A stretch of DNA of 64,000 bases from Dicyema japonicum (taxonomy: Eukaryota; Animalia; Dicyemida): the NCBI GenBank assembly GCA_011109175.1, contig RDEW01000008.1:175145-239144 (forward strand). Reading direction: 5' to 3'. Shown here piece by piece: positions 38,701 to 49,971 of the stretch. Numbering within the stretch: the first letter of the stretch is position 1; every line of letters begins with the position of its first letter. The notes under the pieces are model-generated. The model saw only the letters and a list, made by a program, of their open reading frames with translations, did not search any database and was not told the DNA's origin. The translations under genes and the position numbers were made by a program.

Positions 38701-39120
38701 ATCCTAGAGATTCAAAGAGGCACTAATTGTCCAATTATATCAGCAGTGTTGGATGGTTGTAGACTTGCAGGTTGTTGCAAGTTATTCATTGTAAGGGACC
38801 GATGGTTGTAGACTGCAGGTTGTTGCAAGTTACTCATTGTAAGGGACCGATGGTTGTAGACTGCAGGTTTTTGCAAGTTATATCATTGTAAGGGACCGAT
38901 GGTTGTGTGAAAGTATGGATTTATTAAACACATGAGTGTGTCTGAATTTGAATCTGAAAGGATTAATTTTGATGAATGAGTTGTTTCTGTGGGATTAGAT
39001 AGACTGAGAGATCTCTGTGGTGTTTCCTTTGGTGGTGGCTCATTGTATTGCTATATGGAAGTTATTTCACTATCAGAATGGTTAATCAGTGATTATGTGT
39101 TTATTTGTAGTTGTCATCCC
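35730..39120 (-). mobile_element. degenerate near-complete APE-type LINE (Jockey/I/CR1-like)
   Basis: ASGFDGI, YRPISL, QFGFRPGRS, LFDSVWH, GILSPLLFNIFM, IYADDIL and ILPRLIYGSEGW. The upstream region is decayed. Ends are approximate. Confidence 0.8.
38752..38906. repeat. 48-49-bp tandem repeat, 3 units plus partial, in the LINE 5' region
   Basis: GATGGTTGTAGACTGCAGGTTGTTGCAAGTTA(C/T)TCATTGTAAGGGACC repeated. Confidence 0.92.
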
Positions 39121-39530
39121 TAACGTTAGGAATTTAACAATTTTATTTAAGTCTCAATTAATCGAATCCTCTTAGAGTCAGGCTCATAGGCACTTTCTGA
39201 GTTGTAGTAAATATTTTGGACCGTCATGGTAAACTGTTTAGAGATTATTCTCAAGTTCTCTATGCTCTGTCCTAAATCGCAATTAGCGCGGCCTGGATTA
39301 AGCTGAGCTTCTGGGATGTTTCCGCATGATATGTGAATGTAGTACAAGGGTTTAACAGATTATGGTCAATTGTATAGACCAGGCATGTCAACTCAAGAAG
39401 TTCTAGGGACGCACAAGATAATTTAAGTATAAGACGGGAAACATTAACAAATCTGAAAAGCACCGTAATCTGGAATGAAGTGTATTTAATAATTACACAA
39501 CGCCAATTATAACAATTTTAATCATTTCCA

Positions 39531-41380
39531 GACAAGGTCCCCCACTGTCCTTGGAGTCAAGTACGACTGCCTTCTCAAATTCAACTCCCACGCAACAGAC
39601 ATGATCACCAGGGGCCTCCAGAAAGCTAACGTTATACGCGCCCTTGTTCGGAGGACCACGAGGAACATGGACTTTTCCGTTTCTACCTCTACCAACAAAC
39701 AATCGCGCCTGCCATTGAGTATGCCTCCGTTGCATGGAGATTCGGGCTATCGGAGTCTTTGGTCTAAAGAATCTACTCAATATACCGGAAAACAATCAGT
39801 ATGTTTCCCTACGTAATGGATCAACAGTCGACCCACTACTCATGGAAGCTAAGATCCGTAGTCGTGGCTCCGGATTTCTTCGCCTCTGTGAGGAAGATGG
39901 AAATCCGCTTCGCTTGATCCTTCCCATGGCAAGAGAAAACCGATTGGAGAAAAATTCCCCTCCTCGATCGGATTCCTCTGCAAGAGCGAGAGAAGGCTCT
40001 ATCGGAAAGTAGTGGGGACGATGGAAGATCACAGATGTCGAATGGCACAAGTGATTGCGAGGAAACTGGGATCACCTAACTGTCTGACTCTTTTTTCTTT
40101 CTTTCTCGGTGTTCCCGGGGTTATAAATAAAATAAAAATAAAAATATATTAATAACTTTAATAAATTACAAACTATTTACTTATATGTAATGTCAGATAT
40201 TGAACACGTTGCTGGTTAATGGTTGTTGTTGATAAGAATCATCTAAATCATCGGAATTATGCGGACTTCTGTGCCGAATTGAGTAAAGAAAACCCCAATC
40301 CCATCAGCAAGTGGGATTCTCCACGTCTGACGATCCTTCCTTTGGCATAGGTAGCCAGAGTACCTATGCCACATAGGAGTTTCACTACTCCTACCTTCGG
40401 CACTTCGAGCCTAACTAGTGTAGTAAGCCGCCCGAATACCTGATTGTTGTGTTTTACCTATATTTAAAATTTTCTTATTCATATGACATATAATCGATAT
40501 TGGGCGAGTTCTAAACCATAAATTGTTCCTAATCGGTAATGGTGACAATAGACATGATTTTTTATCGTAATTTAGAGAATTCTTTGTGCGAGAGTCCCTG
40601 ATTACACATCTCAGAGTTACGTTCAATAATATCGAGGCCGCATCTTCTAGGATTTCATAAGCCACTCAGTTTAACCGCATCGTCCCATCATCCAAATATC
40701 AATAATTGATAAAAGTGCCATTTACAAGGCCTGCCTCGTCGACTTCTACTAAAAGACCACGGTAAAACCAAACTAATTATCACTTGATTCCGACGATGAC
40801 TTATCTTCAATTGTTCCAAAATTTTACTCCTAGTTTCATGGTGGGAGTTCGACCCCTGAAAACGAATTGATATTTCTTAGATCCCCGATCATTAGGAGTG
40901 TAATGAAGCATGTATTCCTTGACAAAAAAACAACTCCTATGCAAATCGCTGAATAGATTACAATTACTTGACTCACAGCACTATTCCTCATGAATAGAAG
41001 TTTTAACATTCAGAGAATCGCTTATTTACTCAGGGCAAAACCGTAATATTCCCAACTAGAGCAGTTTGAGCATTTTGATTTGTCTTTCCTCAGCTCTACG
41101 GAGCAAATATTTAATGTCAAATTCGACGATGCTACATGGAAGCAAGCTACACTCTCAGTTAGATTTGGGAACCTTGGAATCCGTCGTACTTTGGACGTCT
41201 CACTTCCTGCACATCTGTCTTCACTCACGGCCTGTAAACCTTTGGTCAGGAGGATTCTACACTCCCTACCCGATTTCTCAATTGACCTAGACATAATTTA
41301 CGCACGGAAAGCCTGGAATGCCACCAACCTCTTACTGCCACTTTTACAAGACTTTCAGCCAAACCTGGACAATTTATTAT
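39531..41380 (+). repeat. 1.85-kb direct duplication of 14009-15877
   Basis: Near-identical text, including identical ORF translations (15563/41066 and 15519/41022). The copy ends at the single n at 41381. Confidence 0.95.
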
Positions 41381-41599
41381 NTTGTAGATCCCATCACAAC
41401 CAGGGGCCTTACAATTCGGCAAATATGAATCTTTGTTCAAATACATTTTTCGAGAATTTCAACACCAGTCATCCTTTTTCCAATATTAAAACTTTCCGAA
41501 TTTAGACTCCTTTTTTCCATAATTCTTCGCAAAAATCTGCGCATTTTTCATTATCAATTGAGATATTAATATTATTTTGTCCTGAATTCAAGTTGTTGT

Positions 41600-42562
41600 A
41601 GAAGGACCTTTCTATTCAATTCGACCATTTGTTTGTCCATACGAAAATTCATTTTCGATTCAAATATCGATATTTTTTCTCCAAGACTTTAATCTTATCT
41701 TGGATAAAAGACGTAATTCTGGTCCTTTTTCCGGATTGTTTTTTCCTGTAACCAACTATCGTCAGTAGAAAGAGTCTTCGTAAAAATCTTTTCAATAAAA
41801 ACAGAATGTGATCTCCATTGTTCAATTTTCTTAGTCATATCCTCTATCCATTTTAAGAGCTCAAATTTCTTTGTAGTAAGAGATTGATAGGCAGTTTGCC
41901 CAGCATGAATAATAGAGGAAATTTGATCAATCGACGTTGGGTGATAGACTTTAATCCAAGCATTAATAGCATGGTTCAGGCATTCGAGAATATCCACCTT
42001 TACATAAGGAATTTTCTTCGTACGGGGTCTTGAAGAATGGTCAATTGAATGATTCGTCGGTAACTCATCAATAAAAGTAAGTTCACAACAAGTATAAAAC
42101 CTGTCCTCAATAAACGTCGAAGACATATCAGGCTTAGAATCTGAGGTCACCTTCGTATCATGTACATTGCTTGGTAATTGTTGACGTTTTTTGGGGTATA
42201 TCAGTCTTCTGAACTCAGACATTGTTATTTCCTCTCCAAACGTAGACTTGAACCATTCCAAGAAAATAGCCCACCCACTTCTGGGGACACGACCGAGTCT
42301 AGAGCGCGTGCTTTCAATAACCAAGGTAGGCAGTTTTTCTCGACAATCAGCTGTTGAGAAAGACATTATTGTTCGAAAAACCGGAAATTTCGTGTTGATT
42401 TGCTGAGGACGAATCCTAGCAGCATCCACGTCGAAAACATGTCGGACAAACTCGGTGGCCGTTCGATTTGGGTTTTCTTTTCTTAATTCGGCACAGAAGT
42501 CGGCATAATCCGATGAATTTAGATGGTTCTAATCAACAACAACCATTTACCAGCAACGTGTT
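41600..42562 (-). mobile_element. 5' part of an R4-like RLE retrotransposon ORF
   Basis: 244-aa ORF containing RPRTKKIP, which I recall from the N-terminal region of R4-like elements. Its 5' end is repeated at 14678 and 40200. Confidence 0.55.
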
Positions 42563-42649
42563 CTATATTGTTATAAAAATTAATATTAATATTTTTATAT
42601 ATGTATATTAAAAATTATTTAAAATAATTAAATTACACGTTTCACAATA

Positions 42650-44129
42650 ATTAGCGTGGTACAAAATAGAAAAAACGCCTATCAATTTTCAAAAGAACAT
42701 GGACAACACACAGCGTAATTTATCTCTTTATTTCAATGTTTCTCTTGGCTGCATAAACAAAATTTTGAAAATTTCTGAAGGGATACTTAGTATTCTAGAT
42801 GATCAAAAAAGAAGAAAATGTACTTGCCCAAGTCTCAACCATTCAACGGAGATTGACAAAAAACTCGAAGAGAAGCTAGATGAAAATTTGCTAGTAATGT
42901 CGATAAGAGATGCAGCAGAAAAAAATGAATGGAAAACTACCTGAAAAGAGATGCCATCGTTGATTCGTATGTTGCAGCACAGAATAAACGATAAGAGGGG
43001 TCAGAGAGCGCAGAGAAGAGTCCAAGCGTTTGCAGGACTTGCGGCATGAGGCCAAATAACTACCTCTTTAATTTTTCCTTGCTAATAAAGTTGTCAAAGT
43101 AAAATTAAGGGAGATATATTTGAATGGTTAGTTTAAAAGCGATCATTTGGATATACAATAACGAATATCTTTTAAAGTCCATGTCTCTAAAAATGGCGAA
43201 AGTTTGTAATATTCAAGTATTTCAAGCATCAAATGGATGGCTTGAAAAATTTAAAAATGAATATTGCTTCCCGTGCTTTATGTAGGGAAAATGGATTTGT
43301 TGAAACCTCAGTGATTGAGAACTTTACAGTAAGTTTAAATACATAATTGTAACAATATTCTTCAAAAAATAACACTCACACGATTTAGAGTTTACCAATA
43401 TCGAACTTTTTTTTATCCAACAGTTAAAACATCAAAATTACAACCCCTTGATCAAGGAATAATAAAATCAATCAAAGTCAAGTATATAGAAACTCGTATG
43501 TGCACACTTGATTGCATTTTATACTAATGATGCCAATGTAGATCACGAAAAAGTTACGGAAAAGTTGAAGAAATTTACTCTATTGAATTGCCTGATAATC
43601 ATAAATCAAGCTTGGCTTGAAATATCAGAATTGACAATTACAAATTGTTTCAAAAAAGCTTTTGAAAATGCATTAATACAGAACCTGACAGAAATAGAAG
43701 AAAAAGATGATGAAAATTTTATGATTCATGAAAATAATCAAATTGATGATGAAAACTTAATACATAACTTTTCGAGAAAACTAAAACAGTATGACGAAGT
43801 TGAAGTGGAAGAGATAGATGAAAAAATTTATGTTCCGACAGTATATGAAGTTAATGAATATACCAAGGCCCTCGAATTATGGTTTTTTAGAATAATTATG
43901 AAAGAAGAGAAAAAGTTTACCAAATACAAAAAATTTTAAGAAATTATCATACTAATCATTCACAAAAAATATCCGATTACATAAAAAAGCATTTAATTTA
44001 TCTTTGTAATTACTCTATTATTGTTGATTGTTATTTTGATTCTTTGTTCTATTTTTTGTTCACAATTGAAGATTAGTGAGCATCGTGTTTTTATGTGGAC
44101 ATTTTGTTCACTATAGAGAGGGTTGACTG
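42650..44129 (+). mobile_element. pogo/Tigger transposase pseudogene with right TIR
   Basis: TQRNLSLYFNVSLGCINKILK (HTH), FQASNGWLEKFK and TSKLQPLDQGIIKSIK. Right end reads CAGTCAACCCTCTCTATAGTGAACA in reverse complement, followed by TA. Confidence 0.88.
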
Positions 44130-44329
44130 TATTTAAAAAAGATGTGTCTCAAAATAAAAATTATAATTGGAATGCGATAAATTTTAATGCAAGCAGAAAC
44201 TATTAACCTAAGAATCTATGAAATAACATTATACAGTAATCCTTAACTTCACAAATAAATCTTTCTCTCATATGCAATCTAAATCATTCCAAGCGACTGA
44301 GCCAAAGTACCGTACGGTTTGTTGAATGC

Positions 44330-45300
44330 GTGTGAAATAGCACCAAAGAAATGGTTCCTCGCGGAAGGGTCGATATCTGTTGACTAAATTTGTAAGAGAT
44401 CTGATTAAGATTCGCCGCCTCAGCAGGGAATCTGAGATGAGATCTTTTACATGCCCAGGCCGTAAACCATCAAGTTTACAACTACTGGAGCCGCAGAAAA
44501 ATCGAACTCCATTATCAATTGACTACTTTGAAATGACGAGGACAGGAAGACTGCTAGTTTCTTAGTAATCGTGTCCTAGGTTGAAGCCGAATAGGGGGTA
44601 ATAGTGTTATCTGATTCAAGCACCCACATATTTGGATATCATTTGTACAGCGGAATTCTTCATAAAAGAAGGAATTGGTTAACAATGAGGCCATTATTGA
44701 ATGATTCATGCCTTTTGTGAGCGTTAAATGTGAGCAGTAAATATCAGATATTCCTAAACGCCTTACTTTTTTAAAGATCAATAAAAAATCATATTCCTTT
44801 AATGGGATCCTGTCTGTGCCTTCGTTCACTTGTTTGTTCGCCTGAGTTATAAAGCATATAAACTCTAATACATTTGTAACACATGTGAGTTGACGGGGCT
44901 TCATTCTCTCCATGGATTGTGAAGAGATGGAGTGCTGCCAGTGCTTCATCGATTGCAAATAATCATCAATCCATCCGTTATTACTAATCCATTAGAGTCA
45001 TAGACCTCATAGAATTCGCAGGGAATGTTGACTCCAAGGTAAGGACTCTCAACACACTCCCCGTCTTATTAAAATCAGTTTTACTGATTTAATACACTCG
45101 GTCGTCATCTTCGGACTTTGTTATTTTGGAGATCTAAAAAGCCATCAAATCAGTGTGGTTTTTTGCACCTCTTAAAGAACTCGTGAAAACAATCATTTTG
45201 CGAAAAAATTTTGTGAACACAATCTCTTTTCGGAAGTCCTAAAGAATGATACCCGATCGGGTTTCTCAATAGACGATCTCGGAAACACTTCCACGAAACC
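44330..45300 (-). mobile_element. degenerate CRE-clade fragment (pre-RT region)
   Basis: Reverse strand reads GSSSCKLDGLRPGHVKDLIS...SLTNLVN, matching the CRE GSxGGxDGLRPxHLKDL block. Confidence 0.6.
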
Positions 45301-45719
45301 GTTAAGAATCATGGAATGAGAATTCGGTCATTATTGAAGCTTGGATCACCTAATAGCAAAAAATCAAAATGATTATTATTATTACCTAATTCTTTTAATA
45401 CAATAGTACATTATTCGGCGTGTGGTTGCCACCTTGTTTGGTCGTTTTTTTAAATTAATTTTATCTTTATGTGATATATTATTACATATTTGTTTCGATA
45501 TTATGTCACCTTCTGTACGTGGTACTCTACAAGAACCAATCAAAATAAAAATTAGTTCTCTGGATAATTCAGATTTTTCAGAGTTGAATGGTTAAAAAAA
45601 CGTCAACATGAATAGAGTGTCATTTTAATGATATTTTTATTATTCTTAATTAACAAAAAACTTTATTAATATTAAAAAAAAAACTTATTTTATTTTTGCA
45701 CATGGTTTTAAGCTTCAAG

Positions 45720-45860
45720 TTGAACATGGATGAGTTGCGTCAGATAATCGAATTTCTAGGAAATGGATATCTTGATTCGTCGCTTTCAAGAAAAAGAATA
45801 TTTTTGGAACACCAAGAGCACCGTGGGTTCAAGGCCAGTTTGAGAGGTATCATCTATAAA
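45720..45860 (+). mobile_element. internally deleted integrase (Ginger-like) fragment
   Basis: MDELRQIIEFLGNGY lies next to TPRAPWVQGQFER, an integrase E-motif variant. Confidence 0.4.
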
Positions 45861-46609
45861 ATAATTTATAGGTTAAATCAATATCTTAAAAATGGATATC
45901 ATCCGTTTCTTCTACTGAATTAAAAAATGCGAAAGAAAAGAAGATGATGAAGAATCGCTGAACGTAGGAAACAGAGTCCAACGAAAAATGGGTCATTATA
46001 TGAGCACTTGGAGACTACAGTTTTTCTAGTAGTGGAAATACAAGCAACTATGCTCAACATATATGGTGGCAACTCTGATAGTCCACCATAGGCGAGTTAA
46101 AAATTATTTTGATTGACTTTCCATTCATGAAATATTTTATCTTTTTTGGTTTAACGTGGAGATTAGATTTAGTTGTTATTAGGAATGAGATTAGGTATTG
46201 ATTATGATTGATTTTTAAATAGTGATTAGGAATAAGATTAGCTTTATATTATGTCGAGCGCACTGTGAGCAACCGTGCACAACGCGCAACAAATCATGTG
46301 TCAATCAAAATCACGATTAATTTCTGAGATAAGATACTCTAGAGATAATTTGTTGCATCAAAAATTATTTATATTTTTTTCACCATTGGAATAATTTTTC
46401 ACCAGTTGATAAACAAACCTAAATTTTTTTTACATTCTAACCTCTTGATAATAAAATTAAACTTCTACATTCTCACTATATGGACTCTCAAATTTATTCA
46501 GCCTTAGAGAAGAATTAGTCCCATAATCTTGTAAAACTCGAATCTACGTTTCATTATTTAATAAAAAATGATCCCCTATAAAAAACGTGTATTTACCATG
46601 ATGAACATT

Positions 46610-46915
46610 CATCTTCGATGTACTCAAACGGGTAGAGACAGAAATTTCGCTAAAAGGAAGAATCGGAAACACAGATTGGCGTTCTTGGAGCATGTTGTCT
46701 GCTCTGATTCCATGAAGAGAACCATTATGCTGAGCAATATTACTGGGAAGAAAAGACCTGGCCCACCGAGGACTCGGTGGCTATCCACGGTGGAAGACCA
46801 CGGGAATGCCTATATCAAGGCTATTCCAAATTGCAACGGATCGGGGAGAGTGGAGGACACTCGTTCATGAGATCTCTAAAGGTCGGACACGAATTAATTG
46901 GACAGCATAACATAA
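46610..46915 (+). mobile_element. RTE (BovB-like) 3' fragment, paralog of 48590-49037
   Basis: HRLAFLEHVVCSDSMKRTIMLSNITGKKRPGPPRTRWLSTVED and an ACATA-repeat tail. Confidence 0.85.
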
Positions 46916-47499
46916 CAAAATGGAACCCTTTGGGAAACTCAGATTCAACTCAGATAACAGGACTGGTTTCGAGGAAATTATAGAAGCGTATTCTCCAAGA
47001 ATTCTGTGAGCATTGAAATACCGGAAGTTGAAAAAGTCGAGTCCATCGGAGGTAGGGACGTTGAGTTCAAAATAAGAAGGCTTGTTGGATGGTTAGCATT
47101 CTTATGTGAATCGATCCTTATTGAAGAATCAAATAGGTTTACAACGAGACGGTAATTGATGCATCCTCGATTTTCATTTAGATTTATTATAAAGCCAAAG
47201 AATTGGGTGTAAAGATACGTGTATTGTCAGCTTTTTAAAACTGTCGTAGATTCATGCTGCATCAGAGAGTGACATTTATTGAAATAAGAAACCTACCTTC
47301 TCAAAAATCAATTTTTTGGAATTCTTTACCTTTTCAAATCTGTGTCTATTAGATACGATTTGATACGTTGAGAGATTGTAGTATTATTCGATCTCCTTCT
47401 GGTTCTCTCTAATGGATAGTAAAGAATAGAAGATATTGTCCCCTTTCATTCCCTTCAACAGAAATCGTTGTTTTTCCTTTTAGAAGCCACAACAACCAA

Positions 47500-47745
47500 T
47501 CAGTCTCCAAATTCCGAATTCTTCAAATCTTCCACTTCAAATTCAAGACTACTCCCCAATGGGTTCCTGCAAGGCTCCCCTCTGTATCCTTTTTTATTTA
47601 ACTTATTTCTACACGATTTACCTACTATCAATGATCAGGACACTATGTTTTTATTTTATGCGGACGACCAGATTATCACTGCAAGGGGCAAATCTCCCTC
47701 CAGGGCTGTGGCGGTGGTTCAGTCACACCTCAACCATGTGTGTGA
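47500..47745 (+). mobile_element. RT fragment of the 2A/stem-loop LINE family
   Basis: SRLLPNGFLQGSPLYPFLFNLFLHD...FYADDQII versus SRLLPNGVPQGSPLSPILFNLFLHD at 13.7 kb. Confidence 0.85.
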
Positions 47746-47939
47746 GGCTCCGAGATCTTCCTTCTCGAATTTAGAAAGGAGGGGACAAAGGAATTTTTAT
47801 GAACATATGGATGCTACTTCTCTTATGTTCTTGGAAACCATTGCTTAGTTAAATCCGACTAGATCTTCCGAAATTGTGTTGAACAATCTGCCTTTATGAA
47901 TTTGTAAAGGAATTACCACGAGCTTAAGCCGTTTCTACA

Positions 47940-48300
47940 AAGCAGATGGAAACTCCCTCTTGTAAAGGTTCTAGTTGGATCAAAAGCGGAGGCTACTTCG
48001 CTCGTCCGACATGGTTTCAACATTCTCACGTACCAATAACAAGCGAATAGTACAGAAGAGGCCCACTGAGGTGTTTCAACTGCAAACGCTATGGACACAA
48101 ATCTTCCTTTATAAAGAGATGTCACAGTTGCGCAGGGGAACACGACCTGACTGCGTGTGAAGAGACTCCGAAAACACAATGAATTGCATAAACTGTGAAT
48201 CGTCCTCAAATTGTGCCAGATATGGTGGATGTCTAGCGACCAAAAAGTCTGATAACAAGAGATTAACGTAAAACTATGGACAGGTGATAATAGGCGATAA
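47940..48300 (+). mobile_element. gag-like LINE ORF1 fragment with three zinc knuckles
   Basis: RPLRCFNCKRYGHKSS, RCHSCAGEHDLTAC and CINCESS..ARYGGC. Confidence 0.75.
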
Positions 48301-48589
48301 TGGGAGAAAATAAACGGCAAAGACAGTTACGTCAAAGACGGTACCAAAAAAATATTTGAAAATCGAATGAAATCCCACCCAATCTATCAGAGAAGGTTTA
48401 TACCGAAATATCAAAGATTATGTCACAGTTTAACTATCTTGCGCGATTACACAGATGAATTTAATGGGATAGTAATCTTGGTTTTGAAGAAGTAAGGTCA
48501 CCAAAATGTTGAAACAAGGACTAAAAATGGTGCTAGTGAATGCCCGATTCCTAAGGAAAAGGCATAATGAACTAGTACTACTTTCTAGG

Positions 48590-49037
48590 GCCTCCAATCG
48601 TGTTCCCGGTTTTTTTATACGGCGCAGAATCATGGACATTGAAAAAGGCGGATAGGCGAAGAATTAATGCTTTTGAGCTGTGGTGCTGGAGGAGGTTACT
48701 AAGAATCCCTTGGACCTCCAAAGTAACAACCATCAATGTACTCAAACGGGTAGAGACTGACATTTCGCTAGAGGGAAGAATCGTAAAACACAGATTGGCG
48801 TTCTTTGGGCATGTTGTCCGCTCTGATTCACTGGAAAGAACCATTATGCTGAGCAATATTACTGGGAAGAGAAGACCTGGCCGACCAAGGACTCGGTGGC
48901 TATCCACGGTGGAAGACGTCACGGGAATGCCTATATCAAGGCTACTCCAAATTGCAACGGATCGGGGAGAGTGGAGGAAACTCGTTCATGAGATCTCCAA
49001 GGGTCGGACACGACTAAATTGGACAACATAACATAAC
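48590..49037 (+). mobile_element. 5'-truncated RTE (BovB-like) with intact 143-aa C-terminus
   Basis: FPVFLYGAESWTLKKADRRRINAFELWCWRRLLRIPW...GRPRTRW...GRTRLNWTT*, then an (ACATA)n tail. Confidence 0.92.
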
Positions 49038-49716
49038 ATTTGGCAAAATTTTCGTTAAATTTGGATTAACGAAATTTTTTATAAATTACTAAAAATCCAA
49101 AGAAAATCAATTTTTCACGAAATATTAATAACGAAAACGATTTTTTGAATTTTGACTAATGTGTGCACGTAAAAATAATGAAAAAACAATCGAAAACATA
49201 TAGTTTTCAAAAAAAGCTCAAAGTTTTCAATATAAAAAAATAAAAACATTACACAAACTCAATTAAGTAAAATATTCAACATGTCAATAGGAACAATAAA
49301 CAAAATCCTAAGAATTAATGAATCCGATTTTAAAAATAAGAATTCTAACAAAATTTCATCGAAGTTTTCTTAATTCATATGCCGCTATTTGAATGGATTC
49401 AGAATAAAAGCGACGGAATTCAAGAACCGTGAAATAAACAAAACTTGTCAAGAAATAACATGGAAAATTACGGAAGAGCAAAAAATCCTCATAATTTTTT
49501 TTCAATCATGATAATTTTTTAAAAAATTACAATAAAATTTCAAAATAGTGATAGAAAAAATTGGGCAATAAGTTTAAAAAAATCAAATAGTGGGGAATAA
49601 TCCATATTTATAGGTTATCAAAATATATATCTTAGACATTTTAATAACTGTCTTCACACTGCTGATTATCCATTAATATAATATAAAAAAATTATATTAT
49701 AATACAACAGGAAAAA
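49038..49716 (+). mobile_element. pogo/Tigger-derived repeat, inverted copy of 1-695
   Basis: Direct alignment with the 1-695 copy plus the HTH-like translation. Confidence 0.65.
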
Positions 49717-49762
49717 GAAATAAAATGTAGAAAAAGCAAGGAGACAACAACAACGTCTCAAA

Positions 49763-49900
49763 ATTATTATTATTATTATTACCCCCAGGATCACTGGGTC
49801 AAAGAGAAAGAAATAAAAGTACTCATCTAACTAAGTGATCCCAGACCGACAAAGGTGATGACGAGTCCGGGGGGGTCGAGAATCCTGAACAACTCTTTTC
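49763..49900 (-). mobile_element. heavily 5'-truncated 3' end of the stem-loop LINE family
   Basis: Frame ends SGIT*, followed by hairpin CTGGGATCACT/AGTGATCCTGG, GGG and a (TAA)n tail. Confidence 0.75.
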
Positions 49901-49971
49901 ATTTGAACAGCTCTTCTCACGTCTCAAAATACACGCCAAATAATGCAATAATTTATCGATAGGTTCGTCAT

